A stretch of 64,000 nt of DNA from Candidatus Krumholzibacteriia bacterium (GTDB lineage Bacteria > Krumholzibacteriota > Krumholzibacteriia > Krumholzibacteriales > Krumholzibacteriaceae): positions 160,001 through 224,000 of the forward strand of contig CAWIIQ010000001.1 in the NCBI GenBank assembly GCA_963836185.1, written 5' to 3'. Positions 46,415-56,406 of the stretch are shown piece after piece. The stretch's first letter is position 1; each line of letters starts with the position of its first letter. Made by a program: the position numbers and the translations under genes. The notes beneath the pieces are model-generated. The model did not search any database, had not been told where the DNA came from, and saw only the letters and a program-made list of their open reading frames with translations.

Positions 46415-47782
46415 TTGAGAGATCAACGCGTTATTACTGTCTTGATATCCCTGGTGGTCCTGACGGCGCTCTTTTTCCCCTCACGGGCTGACGAGGGAAA
46501 GGGTGGCACTTTCGGGACTCAAAGTTTCGATGACTACGAGCGCCCCCAGACATGCCGGACCTGCCACGTCGATATCTACGAGCAATGGTCGCAGTCGGCC
46601 ATGGCGATGGCGTTCACCCATCACTGGGACGAGATAGAGTATTTCGACCTCGCAGTCAAGCATGCCGAGAAGAACCCCGAGCTCAAAGGAGTCGTTGAAG
46701 GGTGCAACGGCTGTCACGCCCCGATCGCCTGGGTCTCGGGTGAGGGAAGTCCCCCGAGGCCGGGAAACGGCAGCAAAGCGGACGAGGGAGTCTCGTGCGA
46801 TTTCTGCCACACGGTCACGGGAAGGACCGGCGATCCCTCTTTCAATTTCAACTATACCGTCGATCCGGGAAACGTTAAGCGTGGAAACCGCGAGGGGGGG
46901 GACAGCCCCCATCACAAGACGGAGCATCTCGATTTCATGCGTACGGCGGAATACTGCGGGATCTGCCATAACGAGAAGGATCCCTACGGCATCTGGGTAA
47001 AGTCCACCCATCTCGAATGGAAAGAGGGGCCATACGCGGCCGAAGGCGTCCCCTGCCACAGGTGCCATATGCCCGGCGCCGAGGGGCGCAGCGCGAACAC
47101 GTCGAAACGGGAATTCCCCGACATCGCGCAGCATCTCTTCCACGGCGCTCACGATCCCGGCAAGGTAAAGGGTGCGATAGAGATGAGGATGAATCCTGAC
47201 ATCCGCGAAGTCGAACCTGGTGACGTTGTCGTGATAAGCGTCCAGCTCTTCAACGGCAAGTGCGGGCACAAGGTGCCAAGCGGGTCGGCCGAGGAGAGGC
47301 AGCTCTGGCTTCACGTCTCCGCGCATTGTGCCGGAGGAAAGGTCTATCATCTTCCCGTCGACCTGAAAGGATTCGAGGGAGAGCGGGAGACGGTCACGAG
47401 CAACGAGCTGGCCTACCAGGATATGGGAGAGATGCTCGGCGATCCATCATTCGCCGGGCTGCCCCGTGACGCGCTCGAGTTCGAGGGCGACAGGATATTC
47501 TGCCTCCCCTATTTCGATCCGCAGGGGCGCAGGACGATCGCTCAGTGGAACACGAAGACACTCGGAACCGATTACCGGATCGGGCCGAGAGAGACGAAGA
47601 TAGAGACTTTCACGTGGACGGTGCCTGATGACGTCGAGTTTGGAACGGTCGTCGTCAGGGCGGAACTCAACTATCGCCGCCTCGTGAAATCGGTCGCCGA
47701 ATTTCTGAAAGTGCCGGAGGACGAGACCGAAGCGATCCGCGTCAACGACGCCGAGACCAGCTTCGAGGTCGTCGATTACTGA
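46415..47782 (+). CDS. Periplasmic pentaheme c-type cytochrome
   Basis: Signal peptide, five CxxCH motifs (CRTCH, CNGCH, CDFCH, CGICH, CHRCH), then a GHKVPSG...RQLWL C-terminal domain. Confidence 0.9.
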   Translation: MRDQRVITVLISLVVLTALFFPSRADEGKGGTFGTQSFDDYERPQTCRTCHVDIYEQWSQSAMAMAFTHHWDEIEYFDLAVKHAEKNPELKGVVEGCNGCHAPIAWVSGEGSPPRPGNGSKADEGVSCDFCHTVTGRTGDPSFNFNYTVDPGNVKRGNREGGDSPHHKTEHLDFMRTAEYCGICHNEKDPYGIWVKSTHLEWKEGPYAAEGVPCHRCHMPGAEGRSANTSKREFPDIAQHLFHGAHDPGKVKGAIEMRMNPDIREVEPGDVVVISVQLFNGKCGHKVPSGSAEERQLWLHVSAHCAGGKVYHLPVDLKGFEGERETVTSNELAYQDMGEMLGDPSFAGLPRDALEFEGDRIFCLPYFDPQGRRTIAQWNTKTLGTDYRIGPRETKIETFTWTVPDDVEFGTVVVRAELNYRRLVKSVAEFLKVPEDETEAIRVNDAETSFEVVDY

Positions 47783-47804
47783 CGTATTATTCAGGAGTGA
47801 GTCG

Positions 47805-48194
47805 ATGTCTGTAGAATTCAGGATCGACAAGGACGAGGGGATCGTCTACGGGACAATTAAGGGTGAAGTGGATGTCGAGGAGGTTCTGGCCGGCCTGACA
47901 GCGATAGTCACGAGCGGGGAGTACAGTCCCGGCCTCAACGGCATCACCGACCTCAGGGACATGAAATGGGAGTCGAACCAGGGTGATTTGCGGCGGCTCG
48001 TCCATTTTCTCATAGAGCACAGGAAGAAGATCGGCAAGTCCCGGTCGGCGATCGTCGTTTCGGGTGACAGGACATACGGTATGTCCCGGATGTTCGAAGT
48101 CTTCTCGGAACAGGCCCCGATCAATGTCCGGGTCTTCCGTGATTTCGACAAGGCGAAGAGATGGGTGCTCGAGGGGAACGCCGGAGAGGAATGA
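47805..48194 (+). CDS. Hypothetical protein, STAS/SEC14 (SpoIIAA-like)
   Basis: ITDLR, AIVVS..RTYGMSRMF, VRVFRDFDKAKRWV. AGGAG RBS. Confidence 0.7.
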   Translation: MSVEFRIDKDEGIVYGTIKGEVDVEEVLAGLTAIVTSGEYSPGLNGITDLRDMKWESNQGDLRRLVHFLIEHRKKIGKSRSAIVVSGDRTYGMSRMFEVFSEQAPINVRVFRDFDKAKRWVLEGNAGEE

Positions 48195-48195
48195 G

Positions 48196-48624
48196 ATGGC
48201 GCTGGTAGACTGTCCGGAATGCGGAGCCAAGATAAGCGACAAGGCATGGGCATGCCCCGGATGCGGACATCCTGTCGGGGGCGGCCTTATGAGTATCCCT
48301 CGATGGTGCTGGCTGGGGTACGAATGGAAGAGCAGGTCGAATATCGGCGGCATTCCCCTGGTCCATATCGCGTTCGGGTGGGACCTGCAGAAGGGAACGC
48401 TCCGTGTGGCGAGAGGGATAATCGCGATCGGCCAGTTCGGAATAGGCGTCATAACGATAGCGCAGTTCGGGGTCGGGCTGCTTTTCGCCCTGGGACAGTT
48501 CGTAGCGGGAAGCTGCGCCATCGGCCAGTTTGCCGCGGGGATCTTCTTCGCGCTGGGTCAATTCGCCGCCGGGATGAGCGCCATCGGCCAGTTCACGGCG
48601 ACGAGGGATAGTTCAGGAATGTGA
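48196..48624 (+). CDS. Zinc-ribbon membrane protein with GQF repeats
   Basis: MALVDCPECG...CPGCGHP, GIPLVHIAFG, ARGIIAIGQF and repeated xGQF motifs. Confidence 0.75.
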   Translation: MALVDCPECGAKISDKAWACPGCGHPVGGGLMSIPRWCWLGYEWKSRSNIGGIPLVHIAFGWDLQKGTLRVARGIIAIGQFGIGVITIAQFGVGLLFALGQFVAGSCAIGQFAAGIFFALGQFAAGMSAIGQFTATRDSSGM

Positions 48625-48652
48625 TATCTGAATATTGAAAGGGAGGTAGGTT

Positions 48653-49852
48653 TTGTCGATCCGATCGGTCAGGCTGAAATCGTCCGTTCTGGTCATCATC
48701 ACTCTTGTTACGGCAGCGGCAGTGCTGATACCGGATGATGCGGGAGCGATCCCTGCGTTCGCGCGCAAGTACCGGATGTCGTGCACCACATGTCACGCTC
48801 CCGTGCCGAGATTGAAGGCGTACGGTGAGGAGTTCGCCGGAAACGCTTTCAGGCTCGAGGACCAGGAACCGAAGAGGTTCTATCCCGACACGGGCGATGA
48901 GCTGCTTACGCTGCAGCGGGAGCTCCCTATCGCTGTCAGGTTCGATGCCTTTTTCCTCTACGACTATCAAAAAGATTCCAACATGACCGATTTCCAGACC
49001 CCGTTCGGAATGAAGCTGCTCTCCGGCGGGTCGATATCGGAGAACATCGGATATTATTTCTATTTCTACTTGTCGGAGATGGGTGAGATCGCCGGTGTGG
49101 AGGACGCATACGTGCACTTCAATGACATGTTCGGGTCAGACATCGACCTGATGGTGGGGCAGTTCCAGGTATCCGATCCACTCTTCAAGCGTGAGCTGAA
49201 GCTCACATACGCGGATTACTATATCTACAAGATCAGGGTGGGGGATACTGCGACAAACCTCACCTATGACCGCGGGCTGATGTTTACCTACGGCGCTGAT
49301 ATGGGACTCGACGCGGCCTTCCTCGTGGTAAACGGCAACGGTAAGGGAGAGGCGGTCAACGGGTACCTCGATGAGGATAACTGGAAGAACTTCATGCTGA
49401 GGCTCTCGCAGTCGCTCGGCCCCGTCCGGGTGGGCGCGTTCGGCTATACATGCAACTCCGAGGTGAACAACGGAGGCACGATGGTGCGGAACGCGCACTG
49501 GTACGGCGGGGCGGATGCCACCTTCGACCTGGAAGATAAACTCCAGCTCAACGTGCAGTATGTATACAGGGAGGACGAGAACCCGTGGTTCGAGGTCGCC
49601 GGGGGCACGAAGGTGGAGACCAATGGCGGCTTCGCGGAGCTGATCATCGCCCCCGGGGGAGAAAACGGCAGGCACTGGATAGTGCTGCTGTACAATTACA
49701 TAGATTCGCAGCAGAAAGATCTGAATCTGAACGCGGGGACCCTTTCCTACAGCTGGCTGCTGAAGCGCAACGTGAGGCTCCTGGCGGAGGGCACATATAA
49801 CGATACGCAGGAAACATTCCGGTTTACCGGTGGATTTGTTTCGGCCTTTTAG
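48653..49852 (+). CDS. Cyc2-like monoheme cytochrome-porin fusion (outer-membrane beta-barrel)
   Basis: Signal peptide, then AIPAFARKYRMSCTTCHAPVPRLKAYGEEF, amphipathic beta-strands and a C-terminal Phe. Confidence 0.82.
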   Translation: MSIRSVRLKSSVLVIITLVTAAAVLIPDDAGAIPAFARKYRMSCTTCHAPVPRLKAYGEEFAGNAFRLEDQEPKRFYPDTGDELLTLQRELPIAVRFDAFFLYDYQKDSNMTDFQTPFGMKLLSGGSISENIGYYFYFYLSEMGEIAGVEDAYVHFNDMFGSDIDLMVGQFQVSDPLFKRELKLTYADYYIYKIRVGDTATNLTYDRGLMFTYGADMGLDAAFLVVNGNGKGEAVNGYLDEDNWKNFMLRLSQSLGPVRVGAFGYTCNSEVNNGGTMVRNAHWYGGADATFDLEDKLQLNVQYVYREDENPWFEVAGGTKVETNGGFAELIIAPGGENGRHWIVLLYNYIDSQQKDLNLNAGTLSYSWLLKRNVRLLAEGTYNDTQETFRFTGGFVSAF

Positions 49853-49938
49853 GGTATAGTCCGGTTCCAGCGGCGATGAGCGCCGCTTCCGGACGGTCAA
49901 AACCTGGTGTACTGTAACATGAAGAAGGAGGATGCCTG

Positions 49939-50412
49939 ATGGCAGTTCTTCAGCCTTCCGATATCGTCGACATCGGAATCGAAAAAGAGATCAAGCGCCG
50001 CGACTTCTACGCGCTTGCCGCCGACCAGTTCTCGGACAACGCCGATCTGGCCGAGCTCTTCGGCAAGCTTCGCGACTGGGAAGAGGCGCATATCAAGAAA
50101 TTCGAGAAGATCCGCGAAGAGGTAAAGGGCGGTCACTACGCCGAATCGTACCCCGGCGAGATCCATGAATATATGGCCGCTGTCGTGAACAGCGATCTTT
50201 ACGAGAATCTCGACGCCGAGTCGTTCGCCATGACGGTCAAGACCCCGGAAGAGGCTCTGGACGCGGGCATCGGATTTGAGAAGGACGCTATACTTTTCTT
50301 CGGCGGACTGGCCAACTTCGTTGAGCCCAAGGCGAGAGAGGTCGTCCAGGAGCTGATCGCCGAAGAGCAGCAGCACATGCTCCAGCTCTTCGAGATGAAG
50401 AAAAGGCTGTAG
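49939..50412 (+). CDS. Ferritin-like/rubrerythrin-family diiron protein
   Basis: GIEKE...FY, WEEAH, GFEKDAILFF, EEQQH. Confidence 0.85.
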   Translation: MAVLQPSDIVDIGIEKEIKRRDFYALAADQFSDNADLAELFGKLRDWEEAHIKKFEKIREEVKGGHYAESYPGEIHEYMAAVVNSDLYENLDAESFAMTVKTPEEALDAGIGFEKDAILFFGGLANFVEPKAREVVQELIAEEQQHMLQLFEMKKRL

Positions 50413-50552
50413 GATCCCGGAAACCATATACGCGGCCTCAACGTAATTAAAAAACGCTGATTGACACGCATGCCATCGCGGAATGCGACGGTGTGCGACC
50501 ATTGTAGATAAAGGATAGTCCCATCCAACCCCGTCACCCATGGAGGTGAGAC

Positions 50553-52280
50553 GTGAAATCGTTCTTCAGGTCCTTTTTCGCTACACTGCTGGCTATAATC
50601 CTTGTGTTTGTAGTCATCATCGCTATCGGCGCGTCCAAGAGTTCAGACAAGCCGAAGATCGAAGACGGCTCGTGGCTCGTCATCGACTTGTACGGCGGTA
50701 TCACGGAATACGACCCGCCTTCGAATATCATGGGCGAGGTCATGGGAGGCAAGGGGGAGACTCTCACGAGAATTCTCTGCAACCTCGACAAGGTCTGTGT
50801 AGACGACCGGATCGAGGGCGTGATCTTCAAGATGTCGTCGAGCAACGGAGCCGGGCGCGCGATGCTCGAGGAGATGCGAGGCGCGGTAAAGAAGGTCCAG
50901 GCGTCGGGCAAGAAGGTCTATGGCTATTCCGATTCAATGGACAGGCATACGTATTACCTCGCCAGCGCATGCGATTCCCTCTTCATGCCCCCGACCGCAT
51001 ACATGAATTTCATCGGGATGTCGGCCACCACCGAACATGTCAAGGGGATGCTCGAGAAGCTGCATATCAAGCCGGACCTCCACAGGATCAAGGATTACAA
51101 GAGCGCCGCTGAGATGATCACCCGCGAGGATATGTCAGAGCAGACTCGCGAGATGAGGAACTGGATGATCGAAGATCTCTGGGATATCTACTGTGCTGCC
51201 CTCGAGGAGGACCGCGGATTCACCGAGGAGAAGATAACAAAGGCGATGGAAAAGGCTCTCTTCCCGATCGAGGACGCGGTCGAGTGGGGATTCGTAGACG
51301 GTGCGATCTACTGGGACGAGCTTGCCGATATGCTGAAGGGCGACAATGAAGAGCTCGAGACAGTCGGCCAGTCCACCTACGCCAAGGTCGAGCCGAAGGA
51401 ACTCGGTCTCGACGGCAAGAAGAAGATCGCGGTGGTCCACGCACAGGGGATGATAGGCGGCCGCAAGAGCAAGATCGATCCGATGTTCGGGCTGCTTATG
51501 GGGCACGAATCGGTCAACGCGCAGATTCGCAAGGCCCGCAAGGACGAGGATGTCGTGGCGATTATTTTCCGTGTCAACAGCGGTGGTGGAGAGAGCCTCG
51601 CCAGCGATATGATGGGGCATGAGGTCGCCATCACGGTGAAGGAGAAACCGGTCATCGTCTCGATGGTCGATGTCGCAGCTTCGGGCGGGTACATGATCTC
51701 GTACCGCGCCACGAAGATGATCGCCCTTGAGAATTGTGTCACCGGGTCTATCGGTTCGATCAATATGAAGTTTAACGTTAAGGGATTCTATGAGATGTTC
51801 GGCATCACCCATGACACAACGTCAAAGGGACCGAATGCACTGTTTTATTCTCCCTTCCGAAATTTCACGAAGGATGAGCGCGAGATCTTCGAGAAGGATC
51901 ACTGGAGAGGCTTCAACGAATGGCTGCAGGATGTCGCAGACCACCGCGGTATGACCTTTGAAGAGGCCGAGAAGCTAGCTCACGGCCGCGTGTGGACGGG
52001 CCGTCAGGGTACGGCCAACGGCCTGATCGACGGGACAGGCGGCCTCGACAGGGCGATCGAGATGGCAAGAGAGCTTGCCGAGGTCGAAGAGGACGAGAAG
52101 GTCTCCGTCGTGCATTATCCGCTGCAGAAATCGTTCTTCGAGTCGATCATGGCCGGCGGCGGGTTCTCGGCTGCCGCGAAATATGTCGTATGGCGTTATC
52201 TCCAGGACGATGTCGCCGAGACATGGAACATGGTCACCAGTCGCCGCATGAACATGATGCAGGAGATGGACATCAGGTAG
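50553..52280 (+). CDS. sppA: Signal peptide peptidase SppA (67K type, S49)
   Basis: N-terminal TM, YYLASACD, YKSAAE, RVNSGGG, VAASGGY, TGSIG, GRVWTG. Confidence 0.92.
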   Translation: MKSFFRSFFATLLAIILVFVVIIAIGASKSSDKPKIEDGSWLVIDLYGGITEYDPPSNIMGEVMGGKGETLTRILCNLDKVCVDDRIEGVIFKMSSSNGAGRAMLEEMRGAVKKVQASGKKVYGYSDSMDRHTYYLASACDSLFMPPTAYMNFIGMSATTEHVKGMLEKLHIKPDLHRIKDYKSAAEMITREDMSEQTREMRNWMIEDLWDIYCAALEEDRGFTEEKITKAMEKALFPIEDAVEWGFVDGAIYWDELADMLKGDNEELETVGQSTYAKVEPKELGLDGKKKIAVVHAQGMIGGRKSKIDPMFGLLMGHESVNAQIRKARKDEDVVAIIFRVNSGGGESLASDMMGHEVAITVKEKPVIVSMVDVAASGGYMISYRATKMIALENCVTGSIGSINMKFNVKGFYEMFGITHDTTSKGPNALFYSPFRNFTKDEREIFEKDHWRGFNEWLQDVADHRGMTFEEAEKLAHGRVWTGRQGTANGLIDGTGGLDRAIEMARELAEVEEDEKVSVVHYPLQKSFFESIMAGGGFSAAAKYVVWRYLQDDVAETWNMVTSRRMNMMQEMDIR

Positions 52281-52307
52281 GACACTCCTGTCGTTATCTG
52301 TGATTCC

Positions 52308-52337
52308 GGGGCCGCGGCATCCGCTGCGGCCCTTTTT
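52308..52337 (+). terminator. Rho-independent terminator after sppA
   Basis: GGGGCCGCGGC-ATCC-GCTGCGGCCC followed by TTTTT. Confidence 0.82.
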
Positions 52338-52439
52338 ATATCAGGCGAAGGCAGCCCGGCCGTCCCGACCAGGTTGACACCGCCGCCGTCATGCGTGTAA
52401 TCTCACGCGGTACCCCGATACCTTGAGAGGAGAGACCCG

Positions 52440-54530
52440 ATGAAGAATCAGTTCAGATCGATCCTTGTGCTGTTGTCGGCCGTTCTCATAACGGCTGTTT
52501 TTGTATCAGCGGTTTCCGTGTCGGCCGGCGAGGAGAAGGAGAAACGCGCCTTCACGGCCGAGGACATATGGAAGATCTCGCGGCTCGGTTCACTCAAGCT
52601 GTCGCCTGACGGACGGCTGGCTGCGGTCGCAGTCACGAAATACTGCATCGACGAGAACAAGGGAGCCGGAGATATCTGGCTCGTAAATACGGACGGGAGC
52701 GGGTCGAGGAGGTTCACTACCGGTGAGACCTCGGAAAGCTCCCCTGCCTGGAGCCCGGACGGGAAATGGCTCGCTTTCACGGCAAAACGCGAAGATGAGA
52801 AGTCACAGCTTCAGATCATTCCGCTCGGCGGAGGAGAGGCCGAAGAGCTCACCGACATGCCCCTCGGTGTTTCGAGCCCGAGATGGCTTCCCGACGGGAA
52901 GCGTATCGTGTTTGTCTCTCCCGTTCTGCCGGGATTCGAAGAGGACCTCGACTCGATGAAAGTCGAGATCGAGAGGCGGGGCGAGAGCAAGGTCTCGGCG
53001 AAGGTCACCGAGAATGTCTTCTACCGCTACTGGGATCACTGGCTCACGGACGGTTATGTCAACCATCTATTCCTGATCGATGTCGAGACGAAGGAAGTGA
53101 CCGACCTGATGACGGGGTGGGACCGTTTGACCGGCGCAAGCGGGCTCGGGTACGATGTCTCTCCCGACGGCGGAGAGATCGCGTTTTCTGCATTCCGCTA
53201 CGGGGCCCCGTACGATTCACTGACTACCGATATATATCTTCTCGACGTTGAGAGTCCCGGCAAGCCGAAGAATCTCACCGCGAGAAACCCGGCCAACGAT
53301 TTCTCGCCGTACTATACACCGGACGGGAAGTACATACTCTACGGCGCGCAGAAGATAGTCGGGTTCTACGGCGATCGCGTGAGGCTGGTGCGATACGACC
53401 GCAAGACTCACGGAAAGAAACTGCTGACCGAGTCGTTCGACCGCTCGCCCTCCGGCTGGGTGACCGACGCGAAGACAAAAACGATATACTTCCACGCCGG
53501 GGACCGCGCGATGGGCTCTCTCTTCTCGGTCAGGATCGACGGCGGAGAGGTAAAGGAAATATATCGAAGCGGGTTCAACAACTCGATCGGAGTAACGCCG
53601 AACAGCAGGCTCGTCTTCCTGCACCAGGACAATGCGCAGCCGAACACGGTCTATTCGATAAAGACTAACGGCGGCGGACTGAAGAAGCTCACCGATTTCA
53701 ATGATGAGGACCTCGCCGATATCGAATGGGGCAGGATGGAGGATGTCTGGTTCAAGGGCGCCGGGGGCGATGACGTGCAGATGTTCGTTATGTATCCGCC
53801 TTTCTTCAATGCCGACGACCAGACGAAGAAGTGGCCGCTGCTCGTGCTCGTCCACGGCGGCCCGCACGGGACCTTCGGCGATGACTTTCACCCGAGGTGG
53901 AATACGCAGGCCTTCGCCGCGCCCGGTTACGTTCTCGCGATGGTCAACTTCCACGGCTCTTCGACATTCGGCCAGGAATTCACAGACGCTATCACGGGCG
54001 AGCACGGCCGCAAGCCTTACCTCGACGTCATGGCGGCGGTAGATGTGATGCTCGAAAAGGGCTTTATCGATGAAAGCAGGATGGCGGTCGCCGGCGGAAG
54101 CTACGGCGGATATCTCGTCAGCTGGATCGCGACGCAGACCGACCGGTTCGCCTGCATAATCAATCATGCCGGCGTATTCGACCTGCTCGTCCAGTTCGGG
54201 TCCGACTGGACCTTCGGCAGGCCCCGCGCGTACGGCGGGAATCCGTGGGACAACATGGATGACGTGATCCGCTGGTCACCCGCGCATAACATGGAGAAGT
54301 ATGTAACGCCGACCCTCGTCGTGCACGGTGAGCTCGATTACCGCGTGCCTGTGGGCAACGGGCTCGAGGCGTACGGGATGCTCAAGCGCAAGGGCGTGCC
54401 GGCAAGGCTGATATATTTCCCCGATGAGAACCACTGGGTGCTCACTCCGCAGAATTCGATCTTCTGGTACGGTGAGTTCCATGGATGGCTCAAGCGCTGG
54501 ATCGGCGTCGGCCCCGACGTGGCGTGGTAA
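52440..54530 (+). CDS. Secreted S9 family peptidase (acylaminoacyl/dipeptidyl peptidase)
   Basis: SPDG propeller, VHGGPH, GGSYGG, HGELDYRV, DENHWV. Confidence 0.94.
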   Translation: MKNQFRSILVLLSAVLITAVFVSAVSVSAGEEKEKRAFTAEDIWKISRLGSLKLSPDGRLAAVAVTKYCIDENKGAGDIWLVNTDGSGSRRFTTGETSESSPAWSPDGKWLAFTAKREDEKSQLQIIPLGGGEAEELTDMPLGVSSPRWLPDGKRIVFVSPVLPGFEEDLDSMKVEIERRGESKVSAKVTENVFYRYWDHWLTDGYVNHLFLIDVETKEVTDLMTGWDRLTGASGLGYDVSPDGGEIAFSAFRYGAPYDSLTTDIYLLDVESPGKPKNLTARNPANDFSPYYTPDGKYILYGAQKIVGFYGDRVRLVRYDRKTHGKKLLTESFDRSPSGWVTDAKTKTIYFHAGDRAMGSLFSVRIDGGEVKEIYRSGFNNSIGVTPNSRLVFLHQDNAQPNTVYSIKTNGGGLKKLTDFNDEDLADIEWGRMEDVWFKGAGGDDVQMFVMYPPFFNADDQTKKWPLLVLVHGGPHGTFGDDFHPRWNTQAFAAPGYVLAMVNFHGSSTFGQEFTDAITGEHGRKPYLDVMAAVDVMLEKGFIDESRMAVAGGSYGGYLVSWIATQTDRFACIINHAGVFDLLVQFGSDWTFGRPRAYGGNPWDNMDDVIRWSPAHNMEKYVTPTLVVHGELDYRVPVGNGLEAYGMLKRKGVPARLIYFPDENHWVLTPQNSIFWYGEFHGWLKRWIGVGPDVAW

Positions 54531-54549
54531 CGAACAGAGAGGGACAGAT

Positions 54550-56263
54550 ATGAATTCAGGGATATTCCTGCTGCTTCTGATACTGGTCCTGGGGGTCGTG
54601 CTTCCCGAGGACGCCGGATCGTACGACAGGCTGACTGGACGGATGGATGCCTCGCGATCAGAGGTGATCGCCGGGCACGGTATCGTAGCCTGCTCACACC
54701 CGCTCGCGGCGCAGATCGGGATAGACATCCTCAAGAAAGGCGGCTCGGCTGTCGACGCGGCTATCGCAGTCAACGCCGCACTCGGGCTGATGGAGCCTGT
54801 CGCTAACGGGATCGGCGGAGACCTCTTCGCGATTCGTTTGGGACGCGAAGTCACAGAAGCTATACGGCCTCAACGCGAGCGGGCGCTGCCCCGAACTGCT
54901 TACGATCGAAGAGGCGAAGAAGGCGGGGTACGAGAAATATCTTCCGTACACCGGTTTTGTTCCGCAGACGGTTCCCGGCTGCGTCGATGGCTGGTTTGAG
55001 CTCCACGAGAAGTTCGGCAGAATTGCAATGAAGGATATACTCGCTCCGGCGATAAAGCATGCCGAGGAGGGATTCCCCGTTACCGAGGTGATCGCCCACT
55101 ACTGGGAGCTCGGAAGCAGAAGGCTGAAGGACCAGCCGAACTTCGCGGCGACCTACATGCCAGGCGGCACGGCGCCGCGAAAGGGAGAGATCTTCCGTAA
55201 TCCCGACCTTGCGAATACTCTCAGTCTCATCGCGAAGAAGGGGCGCAAAGCATTCTACGAGGGTGACATCGCGAAGACGATCGACAGTTTCTGCCGTGAG
55301 CACGGTGGTTACCTGCGGCTCGCCGATTTCGAGAAACACACGTCGACATGGGTCGAGCCGGTCGGGACTGACTACCGCGGATACGATGTCTGGGAACTTC
55401 CGCCGAACGGCCAGGGGATCGCTGCTCTTCAGATCCTCAACGTTCTCGAGGCATATGATATCGCCGCGATGGGATTCGGCAGCGCCGATTACCTGCATTA
55501 CCTGATAGAGGCGAAGAAGCTCGCCTTCGAGGACCGCGCGAAGTTCTACTCCGATCCTGAGTTTAATGATATCCCGGTCGACGGCCTCGTCTCGAAGGAG
55601 TACGCGGATGTCCGCCGCGCGCTTATCAGCGCCGACAGGGCACTGAGAAAGATCGACGCCGGCGATCCGATACTTGAGACGGGAGAGACGACATATCTCG
55701 TCGTCGCCGACAAGGACCGCAACTTCGTCTCCCTGATCCAGAGCAATTACGCCGGATTCGGTTCGGGCCCCGTGCCTGACGGCCTCGGATTCTGCATCCA
55801 GGACCGCGGCGCCCTCTTCAACCTCGATCCGTCGCACCCCAATTCGCTCGAGCCGGGCAAGCGCCCTTTCCACACGATCATCCCCGCGATGGTGACAAAA
55901 GACAATAAGCCGGTCTTTGCCTTCGGCGTGATGGGCGGATCGATGCAGCCGCAGGGCCATGTGCAGGTCCTCTGCAACATCCTCGATTTCGGGATGGGGA
56001 TCCAGGAGGCGGGCGACGCCCCGAGGATAAGGCACTACGGCTCATCCCAGCCGACGGGTCAGGTGATGACAGACGGAGGCCGGGTCGTGTTCGAGAGCGG
56101 GATCCTGCCAGAGGTGATTCGCGAGCTCGTCGCGCGCGGTCACACGGTCGGCAAGGAGAACGGCGGGTACGGCGGCTACCAGGGAATCTGGTGGGACTGG
56201 GAGAAGAATGTCCTGATCGGCGGCACCGAGTCGCGCAAGGACGGCTGTGCTCTCGGGTACTGA
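54550..56263 (+). CDS. ggt: Gamma-glutamyltransferase (frameshift near 54835)
   Basis: GGSAVDAAIA, GIGGDLF, ELPPNGQG, GETTYL (nucleophile Thr), KRPFHTIIP, MGGSMQPQGH, SRKDG. Confidence 0.93.
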
Positions 56264-56307
56264 GCCGACAGCCATTGAAAACATCGCGCAGACACGACTT
56301 TCGATAA

Positions 56308-56337
56308 AGACCCACTCCCGGCGCCGGGAGTGGGTCT
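56308..56337. terminator. Perfect 30-bp palindrome between convergent genes, probable bidirectional terminator
   Basis: AGACCCACTCCCGGC-GCCGGGAGTGGGTCT. Confidence 0.7.
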
Positions 56338-56406
56338 GGTCTTATTCGACTGGATCGAGTATCTGTCCGGCAATGCCGCGGATATTGAGCTTTATCCGCG
56401 GTTCCC

